Source: Squalus acanthias (lineage: Eukaryota). From it: DNA of 64,000 bases. The position numbers and the translations under genes are program-made. Below the pieces are notes generated by a model. It was not told the DNA's origin. It saw only the letters and a list, made by a program, of their open reading frames with translations, and made no database searches. This document shows, one piece after another, positions 21,497 through 34,466 of the stretch; the first letter of the stretch is position 1; each line of letters starts with the position of its first letter. Location of the stretch: assembly GCA_030390025.1 (NCBI GenBank), contig CM059431.1, forward strand, positions 128,776,001-128,840,000. The letters run 5' to 3'.

Positions 21497-24060
21497 TTTT
21501 TTTTTAATTGTTCCTGGGATGTGGACATCGCTGCCAAGGCCAGGATTTATTACCCATCCCTATTTGCCCTTGAGAAGGTGGTGGTGAGCCGCCTTGTTGA
21601 ACCGCTGCAGTCCGTCTGGTGAAGGTACTCCTACAGTGCTGTTAGGTAGGGAGTTCCAGGATTTTGACCCAGCGACGATGAAGGAACAGCAATATATTTC
21701 CAAGTCAGGGTGGTGTGTACCTTGGAGGGGAACTTGGAGATGATGGTGTTCCCATGTGTTTTCTTCCCTTGTCCTTCTAGGTGGAAGAGGTCGCGGGTTT
21801 GAGAGGTGCTTCGAAGAAGCCTTGGCAAGTTGCTGCAGTGCATCTTGTAGATGGTACACACTGCTACCACAGTGCGCCGGTGGTGGAGGAAGTGAATGTT
21901 CAAGGTGGTGGATGGGGTGCCAATCAAGCGGACGGCTTTGTCCTGGATGGTGTCGAGCTTCTTGATTGTTGTTAGAGCTGCACTCATCCAGGCAAGTGGA
22001 GAGTATTCCATCACACTTCTGACTTGTGCCTTGTAGATGGTGGAAAGGCTTTGGGGAGTCAGGAGGTGAGACACTCGCCGCAGAATACCCAGCCTCTGAC
22101 CTGCTCTTGTAGTTACCGTATTTATGTGGCTGATCCGGTTAAGTTTCTGGTCAATGGCGACTCCCAGGATATTGATGGTGGGGGATTCGGCAATGGTTAT
22201 GACATTGAATGTGAAGGGGCGGAGGTTAGATTCTCGCTTGTGGGGTGAATGTTACTTGCCACTTATCGGCCCAAGCCTGAATGTCATCCAGGTCTTGCTG
22301 CATGCGGGCACGGACTGCTTCATTATCTGAGGAGTTGCAAATGGAACTGAATACTGAGCAGTCATCAGCAAACATCCCCACTTCTGACCTTATGATGGAG
22401 GGAAGGTCATTGATGAAGCAGCTGAAGGTGGTTGAGCCCAGGGCACTACTCTGAGGAAATTCTGCAGCGATGTCCTGGGCTGAGCTGATTTACTTCCAAC
22501 AACCACAACCATCTTCTTTTGTGCTAGGTATGACTCCAGCCAGTTTTCACCCGATTCCCATTGACTTCAATTTTATTCGGGCTCCTTGATGCCACACTCG
22601 GTCAAATGCTGCCTTGATAGCAAGAGCCAGTCACTCTCACCTCACCTCTGGAAATTCAGCTCTTTTGTCCATATTTGGTCCAAGGTTGTAATGAGGTCTG
22701 GAGCCAAGTGGTCCTGGCAGAACCCGAACGGAGCATCGGTGAGCAGGTTATTGGTGAGCAAGTTCCTCTTGATAGCACTGTCCATGAGACCTTCCATCAC
22801 TTTGCTGATGATTGAGAGTAGACTGCTGGGGCGGTAATTGGCCAGATGGAATTTGTCCTGCTTTTTGTGGACAGGACATACCTGGGCAGTTTTCCACATT
22901 GTCGGGTAGATTCCAGTATTGTAGCTGTATTGAAACAGCTTGGCTATAGGTGCGGCCAATTCTGGAGCGCAAGTCTTCAGCACAACAGCCGGGATGTTGT
23001 TGGGTTCCATAGCCTTTGCTGTATCCAGTGCGCTCAGCCATTTCTTGATATCACGTGGAGTGAATCGAATTGGCTGAAGACCTGCTTCTGTGATGGTGGA
23101 GACCTCAGGAGGAGGCCAAAATGGATCATCCACATGGCACTTCTGGCTGAAAAAGGTTGCAAATGCTTCAGCCTTGTCTTTTGCTGCAGCATCCCCAGGT
23201 TGGCACCTCATTTTTAGGTACACCTGGTGCTGCACCTGGCATGCTCTTCTCCACTCCTCATTGAACCACGGTTGGTCCCCTGACTTGATGGTAATGGTAC
23301 AGTGAGGGATATGCCGAACTGTGAGGTTACAGATTGTGGTGGAGTACAATTCTGCTGCTGCTTGTTGCCCATAGCGCATCAAGGATGCCCTGTTTTCAGC
23401 TGCTAGATCTGCTCTGAATCTATCCCATTTAGCACGGTGGTAGTGCCACACAACATGATGGAGGGTGTCCTCAGTGTGAAGATGGGACTTTGTTTCCACA
23501 AGGACTGTGTAGTCGTCACTCCTACCAATACTGTCATGGACAGATGCATCTGTGACAGGTAGATTGGTGAGGACAAGGTCAAGCAGGTTTTTCCTTCATG
23601 TTGGTTCTCTCACCACCTGTCTTAGGCCCAGACTGGCAGTTATGTCCTTCAGGACTCGCCCAGCTCGGTCAGTCGTGATGCTACTGAGCCACTCTTGGTG
23701 ATGGACATTCTCCCTCACCCAGAGTACGTTCTGTGCCCTTGCTATCCTCGGTGCTTCTTCCAAGTGGTGTTCAACATGGAGAAGCACTGTTTCATCAGCT
23801 GAGGGAGGGCGGTAGGTGGTAATCAGCAGGAGGTTTCCTTGCCCATGCTTGAACTGAAGCCATGAGACTTCATGGGATCCAGAGTCAATGTTGAGGACTC
23901 CCAGGGCTACTCCCTTCTGGCTGTATACCACTGTGCCACCACCTCTGGTGGGTCTGTCCTGCCCAGGGATGGTGATGGAGGTGTCTGTGACATTGGCTGA
24001 AAGGTGTGATTCTGTGAGTATAACTATGTCAGGCTGTAGTGGTTTTGTACAACTGAGTGG
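21497..24060 (-). mobile_element. APE-type LINE (CR1 group, Zenon-like), internally deleted, EN plus RT remnants
   Basis: QPDIVILTESHL, YRPPS, NYRP.SLLSIISKVME, YKAQVRSVMEYSPLAW; A-rich 3' tail near 21497-21510. Confidence 0.8.
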
Positions 24061-24348
24061 CTTGATAGACCATGTCAGAGGGCAGTTAAGAGTCAACTAC
24101 ATTGCTGAGTGTCTGGAGTCACATATAGGCCTGACCAGATAAGGACAGCAGATTTCATTCCCTAAAGGACATTAGTGAACCAGATGGGTTTTTACAGCAA
24201 TCCGGTAGTTTCATTGTCACCATTACTGATACTAGATTTTTATTCCAGACTTATTTAATTAACTTAATTTAAATTCCCCAGCCATGGATCATTAGTCCAG
24301 GCCTCGTGATTACTAGTCCAGTAAAAAACCCACAATGCTACTGTGCCC
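24060..24348 (-). mobile_element. tRNA-derived SINE-like head joined to the 5' end of the LINE
   Basis: Reverse complement begins GGGCACAGTAGCATTGTGG...ACTGGACTAGTAAT (A-box/tRNA-like) and runs directly into the EN coding sequence. Confidence 0.5.
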
Positions 24349-24590
24349 GAATACCATCATCTCCAAGTTTCTCTCCAAGTCACCCACCATTCTGACTTGG
24401 ACATATATCACCATTCCTTCAGCATCGCTGGATCAAAATCCTGCATTAGGCATTAGGGTGTATGGAAGTATCTTCACCACATGGACTGCAGCTCTTCAAT
24501 GAGAAAGCCCACCACCATCTTCACAAGGGCAACTAGGGACAGACAATAACTGCTGGCCTTGCCAGCGATGCCCATATTCCAGAGAATTAA
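24349..24590 (+). mobile_element. 3' end of an older copy of the same LINE family (its upstream part is at about 21385-21496)
   Basis: Matches the reverse complement of about 21520-21750 and resumes where 21496 stops. Confidence 0.7.
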
Positions 24591-24630
24591 TTAAAAGAAA
24601 AGTAACACTTACTCGATTTTGATTAAACAC

Positions 24631-24698
24631 CGCCCCCGCCACCCCTCACCACCCCCCCCCCCCGCAGCCGCCCCCCCCCCCCCCCCCCCCCCGCCCCC
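24631..24698. repeat. Poly-C/G low-complexity tract
   Basis: Long C runs. Confidence 0.9.
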
Positions 24699-25453
24699 AA
24701 GTGATGTGAGTAGAATTAAAATTGTTTAAATGTCACTACTTCCACCATGGTCCACATTCAAAAATATTCTTGTTTTATGCTTTTATTAATCTTTAGGGTT
24801 GGGGCATATTCTCACTTATGCATTGTTTGGGTTGACTACTGTCACCATATTGCTGACATACTGGTTTGGTTCTTTGACTTTGCCATCAAGTTTGTTCATT
24901 TTATTTAGCAGTATGTAATAAGCCCAACTAGAGAAGAACTACTGCTGAATTTATTAATGTGAAATGAGCCAGAGCAGATAAGGACATATCTAAGACATAG
25001 CGATCACAACAAAATAAGGTTTACGATAAAGATTAAGAAGGACATGAGTAAGATAAAGACCAAATTAATAGACTGGAAAACAGCTGATTTTGATGATAAT
25101 GGAACTAGGGAAAATAAACTGGAAAAAGGTATTGGCAAGTAAAGAGATAGAACAGCAGTGGGAAATATTTTAAAAGGTAATCAATAGAGTTCAGTAGAGA
25201 TATATTCCACTAAAAAGCAAGAACAAGCTAGCCAATAATGTGACACCATGGATGAATAATGAGATAAGGACAAAATTGAAACTAAAAAAATGCAGACACT
25301 AAATAAATAGAAGACAAATGAGAGGATGACAAAAGGGAATACGAAGTGGTTAGGAAATGATTTTGTTAAACCATTAGGAAGGTATAGAGGAACTATGAAA
25401 TTACACTATCAAGGAATATAAAAATAAATAGTCAAGTATTCTACAGACACATA

Positions 25454-28400
25454 GGGCTGGATTTTGATTCAGGGGCAGGCTGGGGTCGTGTAATCCGCAT
25501 TTCGTGTTAGCCACCCGAATCTAAATCGATGTGGGAGATTGATGCGATTTTAACATAATTGGCCAATTGAGTTCCAACGTGTGGGAACCCATGGCCAGTG
25601 AGTTTTTCCAGTCTGAAAGTCACTTCCGATGACGTCATCATTGCTGCAGCATTTAAGGTCTGCAACAAGCCTTGCTTCCTCTGCAGACTGCCAAGCTTCT
25701 GCCTTTGCATGTTAGAGGCACCTGCAGGAAGAATGGCCAGCCAGAGACCTAGGTCTGCACCTCGATTTGATGACATCGCCCTGCAAGCTTTAATTGAGGG
25801 AGCCAGAGCTAATAAGGAGGTGCTCTTCCCTTCTTCAGGGAGGAAGAAGCCTTCCCATAAAACCAAGGCTGTGTGGATGCAGGTGGCAGAGGAGGTCAAC
25901 TCGTTGTCCATAACCTGCAGAACCTGGCTTCAGTGTAGGAAGAGGTTTCATGACCTGCTGCGCACTGGAAAAGTGAGTATGAATTTCCCATCACCCTCAT
26001 TCTGATCCCCATTGCCTCTCCTCACCAGCACTCAGCTTTGACAACCTCTTCCTCCACATCCCATTTGACACTGACATCCCTGCACCCTTACCCATTCCTT
26101 CTCTCTGTATGGTCACATTCACCTAACTATTCGACTATGCAGCCCTCACACTCTCTATCACTGTGATGCTATGAAAACAACTTACAACACACAGGGAGGG
26201 CCCATGGTCTTGCCACCTCACTCCGAATTTGTCTCCTTTTAACCATCAATGATATAGATTCTCTACACTCACTCCTTCATTCTCACTCAAACTCCACTTG
26301 TCTCCCTCATTGCAGGAAAAGAGAGCTCACAATAAGAGGGAAAGAGCGAGGACAGGAGGAGGGCCACCCTCAGTAGCCCAGCTCACCACCTGAGAGGAGG
26401 CGATCCTGGAGATCATGGGAGTGGAGGAGGATGCGCAAGTGGGGGACGGACAGACGGGTGCATCAGAGCAAGCTGGTGACAGAATAGTTTATCATCTCTC
26501 TCATTGACATTGCATGAGTCACTGATAATGATTCTGATCCTCCAGCAGACTGACTTATGATCATCTGCAATATGTAAAGTGCATGTAACCTTGGACTCAC
26601 ATCTCTGACTCTTTCCTTTACTCCCCCCCAGGACCATCGCGAGCAGCTGTCCCCCACCGTCCAGGAGGAAGAGCATGAGCCTCACCACTCCTCAGAGGAA
26701 GCTGCAACCTCTGAGGGCGCCAGCGTCAGCAGAATTCAGCACACCCAGCACCAGCGCAGACACTCACACCTCGGAGGGAACATCGCGAGATAGAGTAGTG
26801 TTGTCACCTGGTGTATCACAGCTCACAAGTGAGCATCAGCAGATAGTGGAGACAGGGACAGCAGTGGAGAGTCCTAGTCAGCGGTCGCAGGACTCTCCTA
26901 GCTCGGCTCAGCTGCATGTCAACCCTCTGCCTCTGGGTCCATCCATAAGATCAGCGGTGCTGGAACTCCAGGAACAGATGCAGGAGTCTCTGGCAAGTTT
27001 TGTCTCCAGGGTCGCTGCGAGTGTGGAGCGAATGGAGGAGTCCATAGCGAACATGAGCAGAGCCTTTGTGGAGTCATTGGCGTATGAACACATTGCCATG
27101 GAAAGGATGGCAACCTCCGTGGAAAGTAAGATTCTCTGTTAATAATAAGATCGTATTTTTTCTCTTTTTAGAACTGTTAACATTGCGATTGACTGATTCA
27201 CCAACTGTAAATTGCATGTCGGTTCTTTTAATAAATCTCTATATATTTTTAGAATTATCTCACATAATTCTCTGTATCAATAACTCGCAAACTCAATTTC
27301 TGTACACTCTTTGGTGAAGAGTTACAGAATTCTGGGGGAGATCTCCAGACCCTCATAATATCCAGGACGTTACAGTCTAGCTAAACTTATTAAAAGCGCT
27401 ATCTGGAGGATGGTAACATTCTTGGGTTGTTCCTTTCCTTTCGGGAGAGATAGTACCGACCTTTAGACCCAATTAAGCATCTTTAGGATTCGGCTACCTC
27501 AAACTTTAGTTGTAAGTGAATGTCTGAGAAATACGCCTGATCCAGGGTAGCTCTAAAGGGGCTAGGACTAGTAAATATCCCTTCAGGATAATGTCCAAAT
27601 TTATTTTGACATTTGTGCTGTCAGTGTTCGACAGCATTGAGGTGCTGCAAACACTGACAATCAGTGCACAAAGGCACAGGGCTGCACCCAGGCTCTCCCA
27701 TGACTCCCTCCATATGCTTATGGGTGGAAGAGACTTCCCCAGGAGATCAACACAGCCGGGTTGCACATTGCAGAGGAGGGCACAAGCAGGGATGTCGTCA
27801 GGAGGACCAGGGTGCAGTGCCGCAAACATTTCAATGATCTCAGTAGATCACAAAACATTAGTACAAAGCCACAAACAAACTCATCCAGCTGTGCCACTCA
27901 TCACATCCCCACCACTCTGCCTTCCCTACCCTACTCCTGCACATCCTTCCTCCACCAACATACCTTGCACCTCCACCCATCCCTCTCTACCTACATTATC
28001 ACATCCCCATCTCACTAACCATCCCTCACACCGCCCTCATCCTAGTGCAATTATATCTACGAACAACACACAAGGGTAGGCACTTGAGTGTTTTATGCAA
28101 TGTTCATGTAAAGTTTCTGTTAATGTGGTGTCAAACATTGAAACCTTTATTTTCAACACTTTGCGTTCTTAGTCAGATTTGTGTACACCTTTGGAACTGG
28201 CTTAGTGAGCTTCAGTAAATGGTGAGACATAACGGTACCCCCCGCCCCCGCACTGGTGATGAGTGTGAAAGGAATGGCTTGGTCATTGTAGGGATGCTTT
28301 ATGGTGTTGGTGTGGGGTGGTGCCAACCTGGTGCATCATGTGGCAGCCAGGGTATACAGCATCAAGTGATGTAAATATGGCCATGGTGAGACCATCCCTG

Positions 28401-29107
28401 GCCTCCCGGGCAGCAATTTGGTCGGGTGCTGATGCCCTCTGTCCTGTGCAGCATCAGTTGATTGCGGAGAAGGTTGGTGTTGTTGGTGCTGCTGGTGTGC
28501 CTGGTGCTGCTGGTGTTGGGGCTGATCGTGGTGGGATTCTGAGGACCAAGATGAGAGAGTATAAAGGGCACACATGCTGATGGAATAGATGGTAGGTGAA
28601 GTAGAGATGACAGAAGCAATCTGTCAATCGTGAGAGAGGTAATGAGGTCAGACTGGATGGAGACTTGTGTAAAGACTTGCAGCATGGTGAATCTGTTGTG
28701 GAAATACAGTGAGGAAGAGCTTGTGCCTGAGGGAAAATATCTCTGTAAGGTGGGAGCTTTTACTTTACATTTGAAGCTGTCAACTCAACAGCTGATTCAA
28801 TGGCCACTGAACTCCCGCCTCAGCTTAACAGACGTGGTCCACAACCAGCGTGGACCCCATGGGTGAGCTGTCATATGCAAAAGGTAAGCGGAAAATCATT
28901 CTTAAGTGGCTCTAAACAAGCCACTAATTACCTGAATTGGGTCACCCGCCGCTGCCTGTCGGGTCTGCTCAATGCTGACAGACCCAACATCGGCAAAGGT
29001 GTGTGGGAGTGAGTTACAGTGGGTTCCCAACCTGCTGTCAAAAATAGCAAATTTCCCACCTGACCCACCACCAATCCTGCCTGCTGACCCCCCGGGAAAT
29101 TCTGGTC
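25454..29107. mobile_element. Composite non-autonomous Harbinger element
   Basis: Termini GGGCTGGATTTT / AAATTCTGGTC; TSD ATA (25451-25453 and 29108-29110). Left arm resembles 42052-45306 and right arm resembles 50067-52515. Confidence 0.8.
25733..27125 (+). pseudogene. Spliced Harbinger Myb/SANT-like gene (exons about 25733-25972, 26316-26475, 26632-27125), truncated
   Basis: APRF.D..L..L, W..VAEEVN, RTW.QCRKRF.DL, TGGGPP; GT-AG introns; stop in exon 2. Confidence 0.85.
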
Positions 29108-29836
29108 ATAAATAATAAAAACAAAATCAGGATAACTAAGGGATGTACAAGACAAGCGCACAGGCAATGACGGGGCAATGGCAGAAATATTGAATAATTA
29201 CTTTGCCTCAGTATTTACCAGGCAGACTAACAAGGTAGAAAATACATTAGATGAAGAGTTCACTAAAGATATAAAGACATTTAAGACAGCAAGGGGGTAG
29301 TTAATTGATAAAATAACCAAACTTAGAAAGGCTAAAACATCGTGTCTGGATGGATTACATCCACGCATATTAAACAAAAGTTAGGGATGAGATAGCAGAG
29401 GCATTATTACATATATATAAAATTTAATTAGAAAAGAGAATAGTGCCAGAGGACTGGCGGATAGCTAATATAATTCATATATTTAAAAAGTGAGGTAGAA
29501 CAAATCCAAGGAACTATAGACCAGTTCATTTAACATTTGTGATAGGAAAGATAATGGTATCTTTACTCAAAGATGTAATGGAAAAACATCTATGAACTGA
29601 AAATAAAGTGAAGAATAGTCAAAAGGGAAGGCCAACGCTACTGAATGCTTTGAAGAAGTAACAGAAAGAGTAGGCAAGGATAATGCAGTAGATGTAATAT
29701 ATTTGAATTTTCAAAAGGGCTTTGATAACTTACCACATAGTCGACTCATGACTAAGGTCAGAGCATGTGTAGTTCGGTGACAAGAAGCAGAATAGATAGC
29801 AAGCTGGCTACAAAAGAGAAAGCAGTGTGTAGGGGT

Positions 29837-30848
29837 TGTAGGGGGTGGTGGTGGTAGGGGTCAGCCTTTCCCCTGACTCAGTGAGCGGTTCGAATCGCTC
29901 CCACGTCCCAGGTTCAAAACCTGGACTTATTTAGGGGTTGTGAATAAAGATGCAGTAGACAACAGGTTCCGATGAAAGAATTTTAGCTTTTATTAAAAAT
30001 AAAAGGTAACAAACTTAAACACACTTCACACTTAAACAGGTTTGGGGAACACACGGTTACAGGTGAGGGAGAATGACAATATACAAGAAAAACCTTTATT
30101 CCCTCCCAAAAATCCCACTATCTAGCTAGGTTTCGGTTTCAGGAGATCAGGGATAATGCTCACCAAACAGGGGTTTTAACAGTACAAAATCCAGCCAGGT
30201 AAGTTGATGGTGGTTCTGGTCATCGAATGTCTTCCTTTAACATGCGGCTTCTGGGCAGAGCTGAGAGGGAGAGTTGTTCCAGCGTTGTCGGCGAGTCCAA
30301 AGAGAAAGAAGTCTTGGGTCCTGCTGCAATTATAGTCCCTTTCGCCCCCCCCGCCCAAAACTCCTCACGAAAACTGGTTTTGTGATGAAGTGATTTGGTT
30401 TCACGTGAGGCCTGTTCATTGTCTTGTTAAATTTTGATGGGCCTTCAACTATGCTAAACCAAATCAAATCCTGGTCAATTGAAAAACCTCGTTACCAGTA
30501 ACGGCTTTTACTGAGTCAAATGGCTTGCGTCCTGTTGATCTGTTGTTTTATGGAAGTTTGCATTGTTCTCATGTTTTGGGTTCCTTGCTGGGCCTAGCAT
30601 TCCTATCTTTATGCGTCTCCTTGAGTGGGTTGTGTGTTTTGGGTGGGGCGGCCTTCTCCCAGGGCCTATTGTCCAAATGTTAATGTTTGCTGTGCTTTGA
30701 ATTCCCAGACAATGCAATCCTCAAGCCTGCTATTTACAGAGGTAGATCCACGTGCTGTACATGTCCAGACATGTTCCTTTAAAGTTCCAAAGTCCTTATT
30801 TTTTTTCCCTTAGATTTTTGGGGATCTGCAAATTTTGGAAACTTTACA
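29837..30848 (-). mobile_element. Solo LTR (1012 bp) of a related ERV-like family
   Basis: TGTA...TACA ends; TSD GGGT (29833-29836 and 30849-30852); minus-strand TATAA (about 30330), GTGAGC donor (30163) and AATAAA (29989-29994). Confidence 0.88.
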
Positions 30849-31851
30849 GGGTTAAGGGTAGCTACTCAGACTGGCAAAAGGTGGGAAGTGGTGTTCTACA
30901 AGGATAAGTTTTGGGGCCACTGTTGTTTCCCATTAACATAACCTATTTGGACTCGGGAATCGGAAGTACAATTTCAAAATTAGCAGACAACACCAAATTG
31001 GGAGGTATAGTTAATACTGAGGAAGACTGCAACACATTGCAAGATATCTTTAATAAACTTGCAGTTTGGGCATGTAAGTGGCAAATTAATTTGAATACAG
31101 ATTACCGTGAGGTGGTGCATTTTGGTAGAAAGACTAAAGAGGCCACGTACTCCTTGGAAAATAAGAGTCTAAATGCGGTTGAGGAGCAGGGGTATCTGGG
31201 AGTACAGATACACAATTCACTAAAAGTAGTGACACAGGTTAATAAGGTCATAAAAAAAGCAAATGAAGTATTGGGGTTAATTTCTAGAGGGGTAGAATTG
31301 AAAAGCAGCAAAGTTATGTTAAACTTATATAGAACCTTTGTTAGACCACACAGCGTACTATTCACAGTTCTGTTCTCCATGCTATAAAAAAGATAAAGAG
31401 GCTCTGGAAAAGGTGCAAAAATATTGACAAGAAAAATACTAGAACTATCAGGTTATACCTATCAGGAATGGCTGAACAGGCTGGGGTCCTTTTCTCTAGA
31501 AAAGAGAAGACTGAGGAGTGACCTGATAGAGGTCTTTAAAATTATGAAGGTGTTTGATAGGGTAGGCATAGAGAAAAAATTCTATTTGTGGGGGAGACCA
31601 AAGTTAGGGGCCATAAATATAAGATAGTCACCAATAAATCCAATAGGGAATTTTGGATAAACTTCTTTACCCAGAGAATGGTAAGAACGTGGAACTCGCT
31701 ACCACAGGGAGTAGTAAAGGCGAATAGCATAGAAGCATTTAAGGGATATCTAGATAAACACACGAGGGAGAAATGAATAGAAGGTTATGCTAATAGGGTT
31801 AGATGAAGAGGGGTGGGAGGAGGCTACTCTGGAACATAAACACCGGCATGG

Positions 31852-32556
31852 ACCTGGTGTCATATTTCAACCTGAAATGAGCTTCCGACCACATATCCGC
31901 AGCATAACTAAGACCATCTATTTCCACCTAAGTAATATCATCCATCTCCGCCCTTGCCTCAGCTCATCCATTACTGAAACCCTCATCCATGCCTTTGTTA
32001 CCTACTCCTGGCTGGCCTCCCACGTTCTACCCTACGTAAACTTGAGGTCATCCAAAACTTGGTTGCCCGTGTCCTAACTTGTGCCAAGTCCCGTTCACCC
32101 ATCACCCCTGTGCTCACTGACCTACATTGCCTTCCAGTTAAGCAATGCCTCAATTTCAAAATTCTCATCCTTGTTTTCAAATCCCTCCATGGCTGCGCCC
32201 CTCCCTATCTCTGTAATCTCCTCCAGTCCCACAACCCCCTGAGATATCTATGCTCCTCTAATTCTGCCCTCTTGAGTATCCCTGATTATAATCACTCAAC
32301 CATTGGTGGCCGTGCCTTCTGTTGCCTAGGCCCTAAGCTCTAGAATTCCCTTCCTAAACCTCTCCGCCTCTCTACCTCTTTTTCCTTCTTTAAGACGCTC
32401 CTTAAAACCTACCTCTTTGACTAAGCTTTTGGTCACCTGCCCTAATTTCCCCTTATGTGGCTCAGTGTCAATTGTTTTGTCTTATAATACTCCTGTGAAA
32501 CGCCTTGGGACGTTTTACTATGTTAAAGGTGCTATATAAATACAAGTTGTTGTTGT
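31852..32556 (+). mobile_element. L2-clade LINE 3' fragment inserted in the CR1 3' UTR
   Basis: ETLIHAFVT, ARVLT...PITPVLTDLH.LPV, FKILILVFKSLHG.APPYL; (TTG)n tail. Confidence 0.88.
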
Positions 32557-33299
32557 CGCTTTTGTTGGGCCGAATGGCCTGTTTCTGTGTTGTACATTCT
32601 ATGTAACTCTATAAGAAAGGTAAAGAGCTCTCTGTAGCCTATAAATTGAGTTGAAACTACTTACCTGAAATCAATGTCAAAGATGATCTGATAATTGTGC
32701 ATTTTTGTGGCACTGCAGGTATCTCACACAAATTGCTGCCACCAGTGTGATGTAATTTTAGGGTACTTACATGAGTTCTTCCCTCACAGTAGCCTTGCTG
32801 TACATCCTGTAAGTAGACCTAATGGTCCCATGCAGCAAAAGGTGCAGCTTTGTATTTTTCTGCATCTGCAGAGACCTCGTATCCTTTATGGTTCGCACAA
32901 TCATAGATTAAAAGTGCCCACTGCACTTTACATTTTTCCAAGCCACTCCGGATGACAATATCAATACACCATACTTAAAAGTGTTCAAGTTTATGAATTA
33001 ACTAAATCTATTTACAGAGTTTGGACAACTGGACACATACAAAACAGTTCAAGATTATGTACAATATCAGCATTGAATGTCTACTAAAAATCTGTAATTT
33101 GCTCCAGCAGTAACTTTCATCCAGGACTGCACTGGTTCTCAGATCTTTCATGCCTCAGCCTTAGAGGCCATGGGCTTAAATGATCCATTGTATGGAAGTT
33201 AAAAACAAATCCACCTTCTGCCAAAGCTAGGCAGCCATCTTAGACTCTCTCCAGCCTCAGCTTGAAATTTATACAAAGCACAATTTCTTCATTTATATT

Positions 33300-34300
33300 T
33301 ACATATAAAGCTGCAAGCAGGATAATGACAGGAACTGAGAACGACCAATCATTACAAAAGTTGAAAGCCCTGATTCTGGAAGGATTTTCAGATACAAAAT
33401 CTGTAACTGATCCTGCCATTCAACAGTATGGGGACTTCTGGCATTAATTAACTATTGAAGTGCGGCTTACCTTCAAGTCACAAATTTCTGGTGCCTACCA
33501 GCCTGAGAAAACTTGTGATGGTAAAAAATACACCAGTCACAATGGAAATTCAAAATTCAAAATTCAAAAAATGTTAGCAAGGACTATCTTGTTCTACTCT
33601 GCCATGTCAAGACAAATTACAGATGTGATTAGCTGATGTTTGACATGCAACACGTTCAGAAATAAAGTGTGCAAAGAGCCAATGAAAGCACATGACATTC
33701 TGAATAGACCATGGCAGAAAGTGCAGCCCAACGTATTTGAATTTCACTCAAATCAATATTTAATACTTTTCAATTTTTTCCAGCTTAATAGGTGAATCAA
33801 TACCATATGTGGTTGCACATTGGAAATGGCAATTTGCTGAACGTGATTTGCCAAATGAAACAATTTTAGATAATGGGCCTCAGTACGGAGCTCAGAAATA
33901 TTAGCAAAACCCAAGGATTCAATCATAACTTTGTCTTCAAAGTATCCACAATCTAATGGGAAATTACATAGAAACCATTCCGTGTTGGTATTAGTTTTTC
34001 ACTTGAGCAGTGCTCCTCATCCCATGTGCCCACTAAGTTCCAATATCTCTTTATTTCCCTTTCCTTCAATCACTTATCTAACCTATTCTTAAATGTTCAC
34101 ATGGTCTCTGCTTCAAAAGCTGACAAAGTTGTTCAAATTGTGCAATATTTAAAGAAAGGAAAATGTCAAGATACATATCTAGCCTTGCTTGCTTATCATA
34201 ACATGTCTGGAGGTGGTACAGCATTGATAGTATAATTGTTGACAAGCCATAGAACAAAACAACACTTCCTATCTCAAAAATAATGATCAGTCCAAGAATC
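33300..34300 (+). pseudogene. Decayed Gypsy integrase remnant
   Basis: DQSLQKLKALILEGF, H...H/C..C zinc-finger region, KEPM..H....RPWQKV, DNGPQY, YPQSNG, LALLAY. Confidence 0.65.
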
Positions 34301-34466
34301 AATGGAGATTCATAACATATCCACCCCAACAAAAGTAAGCAAATAATGCACTATGACTGACGGCCTTGACCTTTGAAACCATGATAACAGGAGTGCATGC
34401 TATCATGGTTTCAAAGAACAGAGATGGAGGATCAGGCAGGTCGGGCAGGAATCCCCAGAGTGCATC

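Larger units (their letters stand above)
24990..31850 (+). mobile_element. Decayed CR1 ORF2, split by a Harbinger (25454-29107) and a solo LTR (29837-30848)
   Basis: Reading continues across both insertions (FYRHI|NNK; RVGV|KGSYSDW); GNYRPV, NFQK.FD, SKLADNTKLGG, LEKRRLR.DLIEVFKI. Confidence 0.85.

Noticed and set aside
28420..28445. Transposase deletion as a spliced-out intron (retrocopy)
   Set aside because: Junction shows CAGC microhomology, not GT-AG boundaries.
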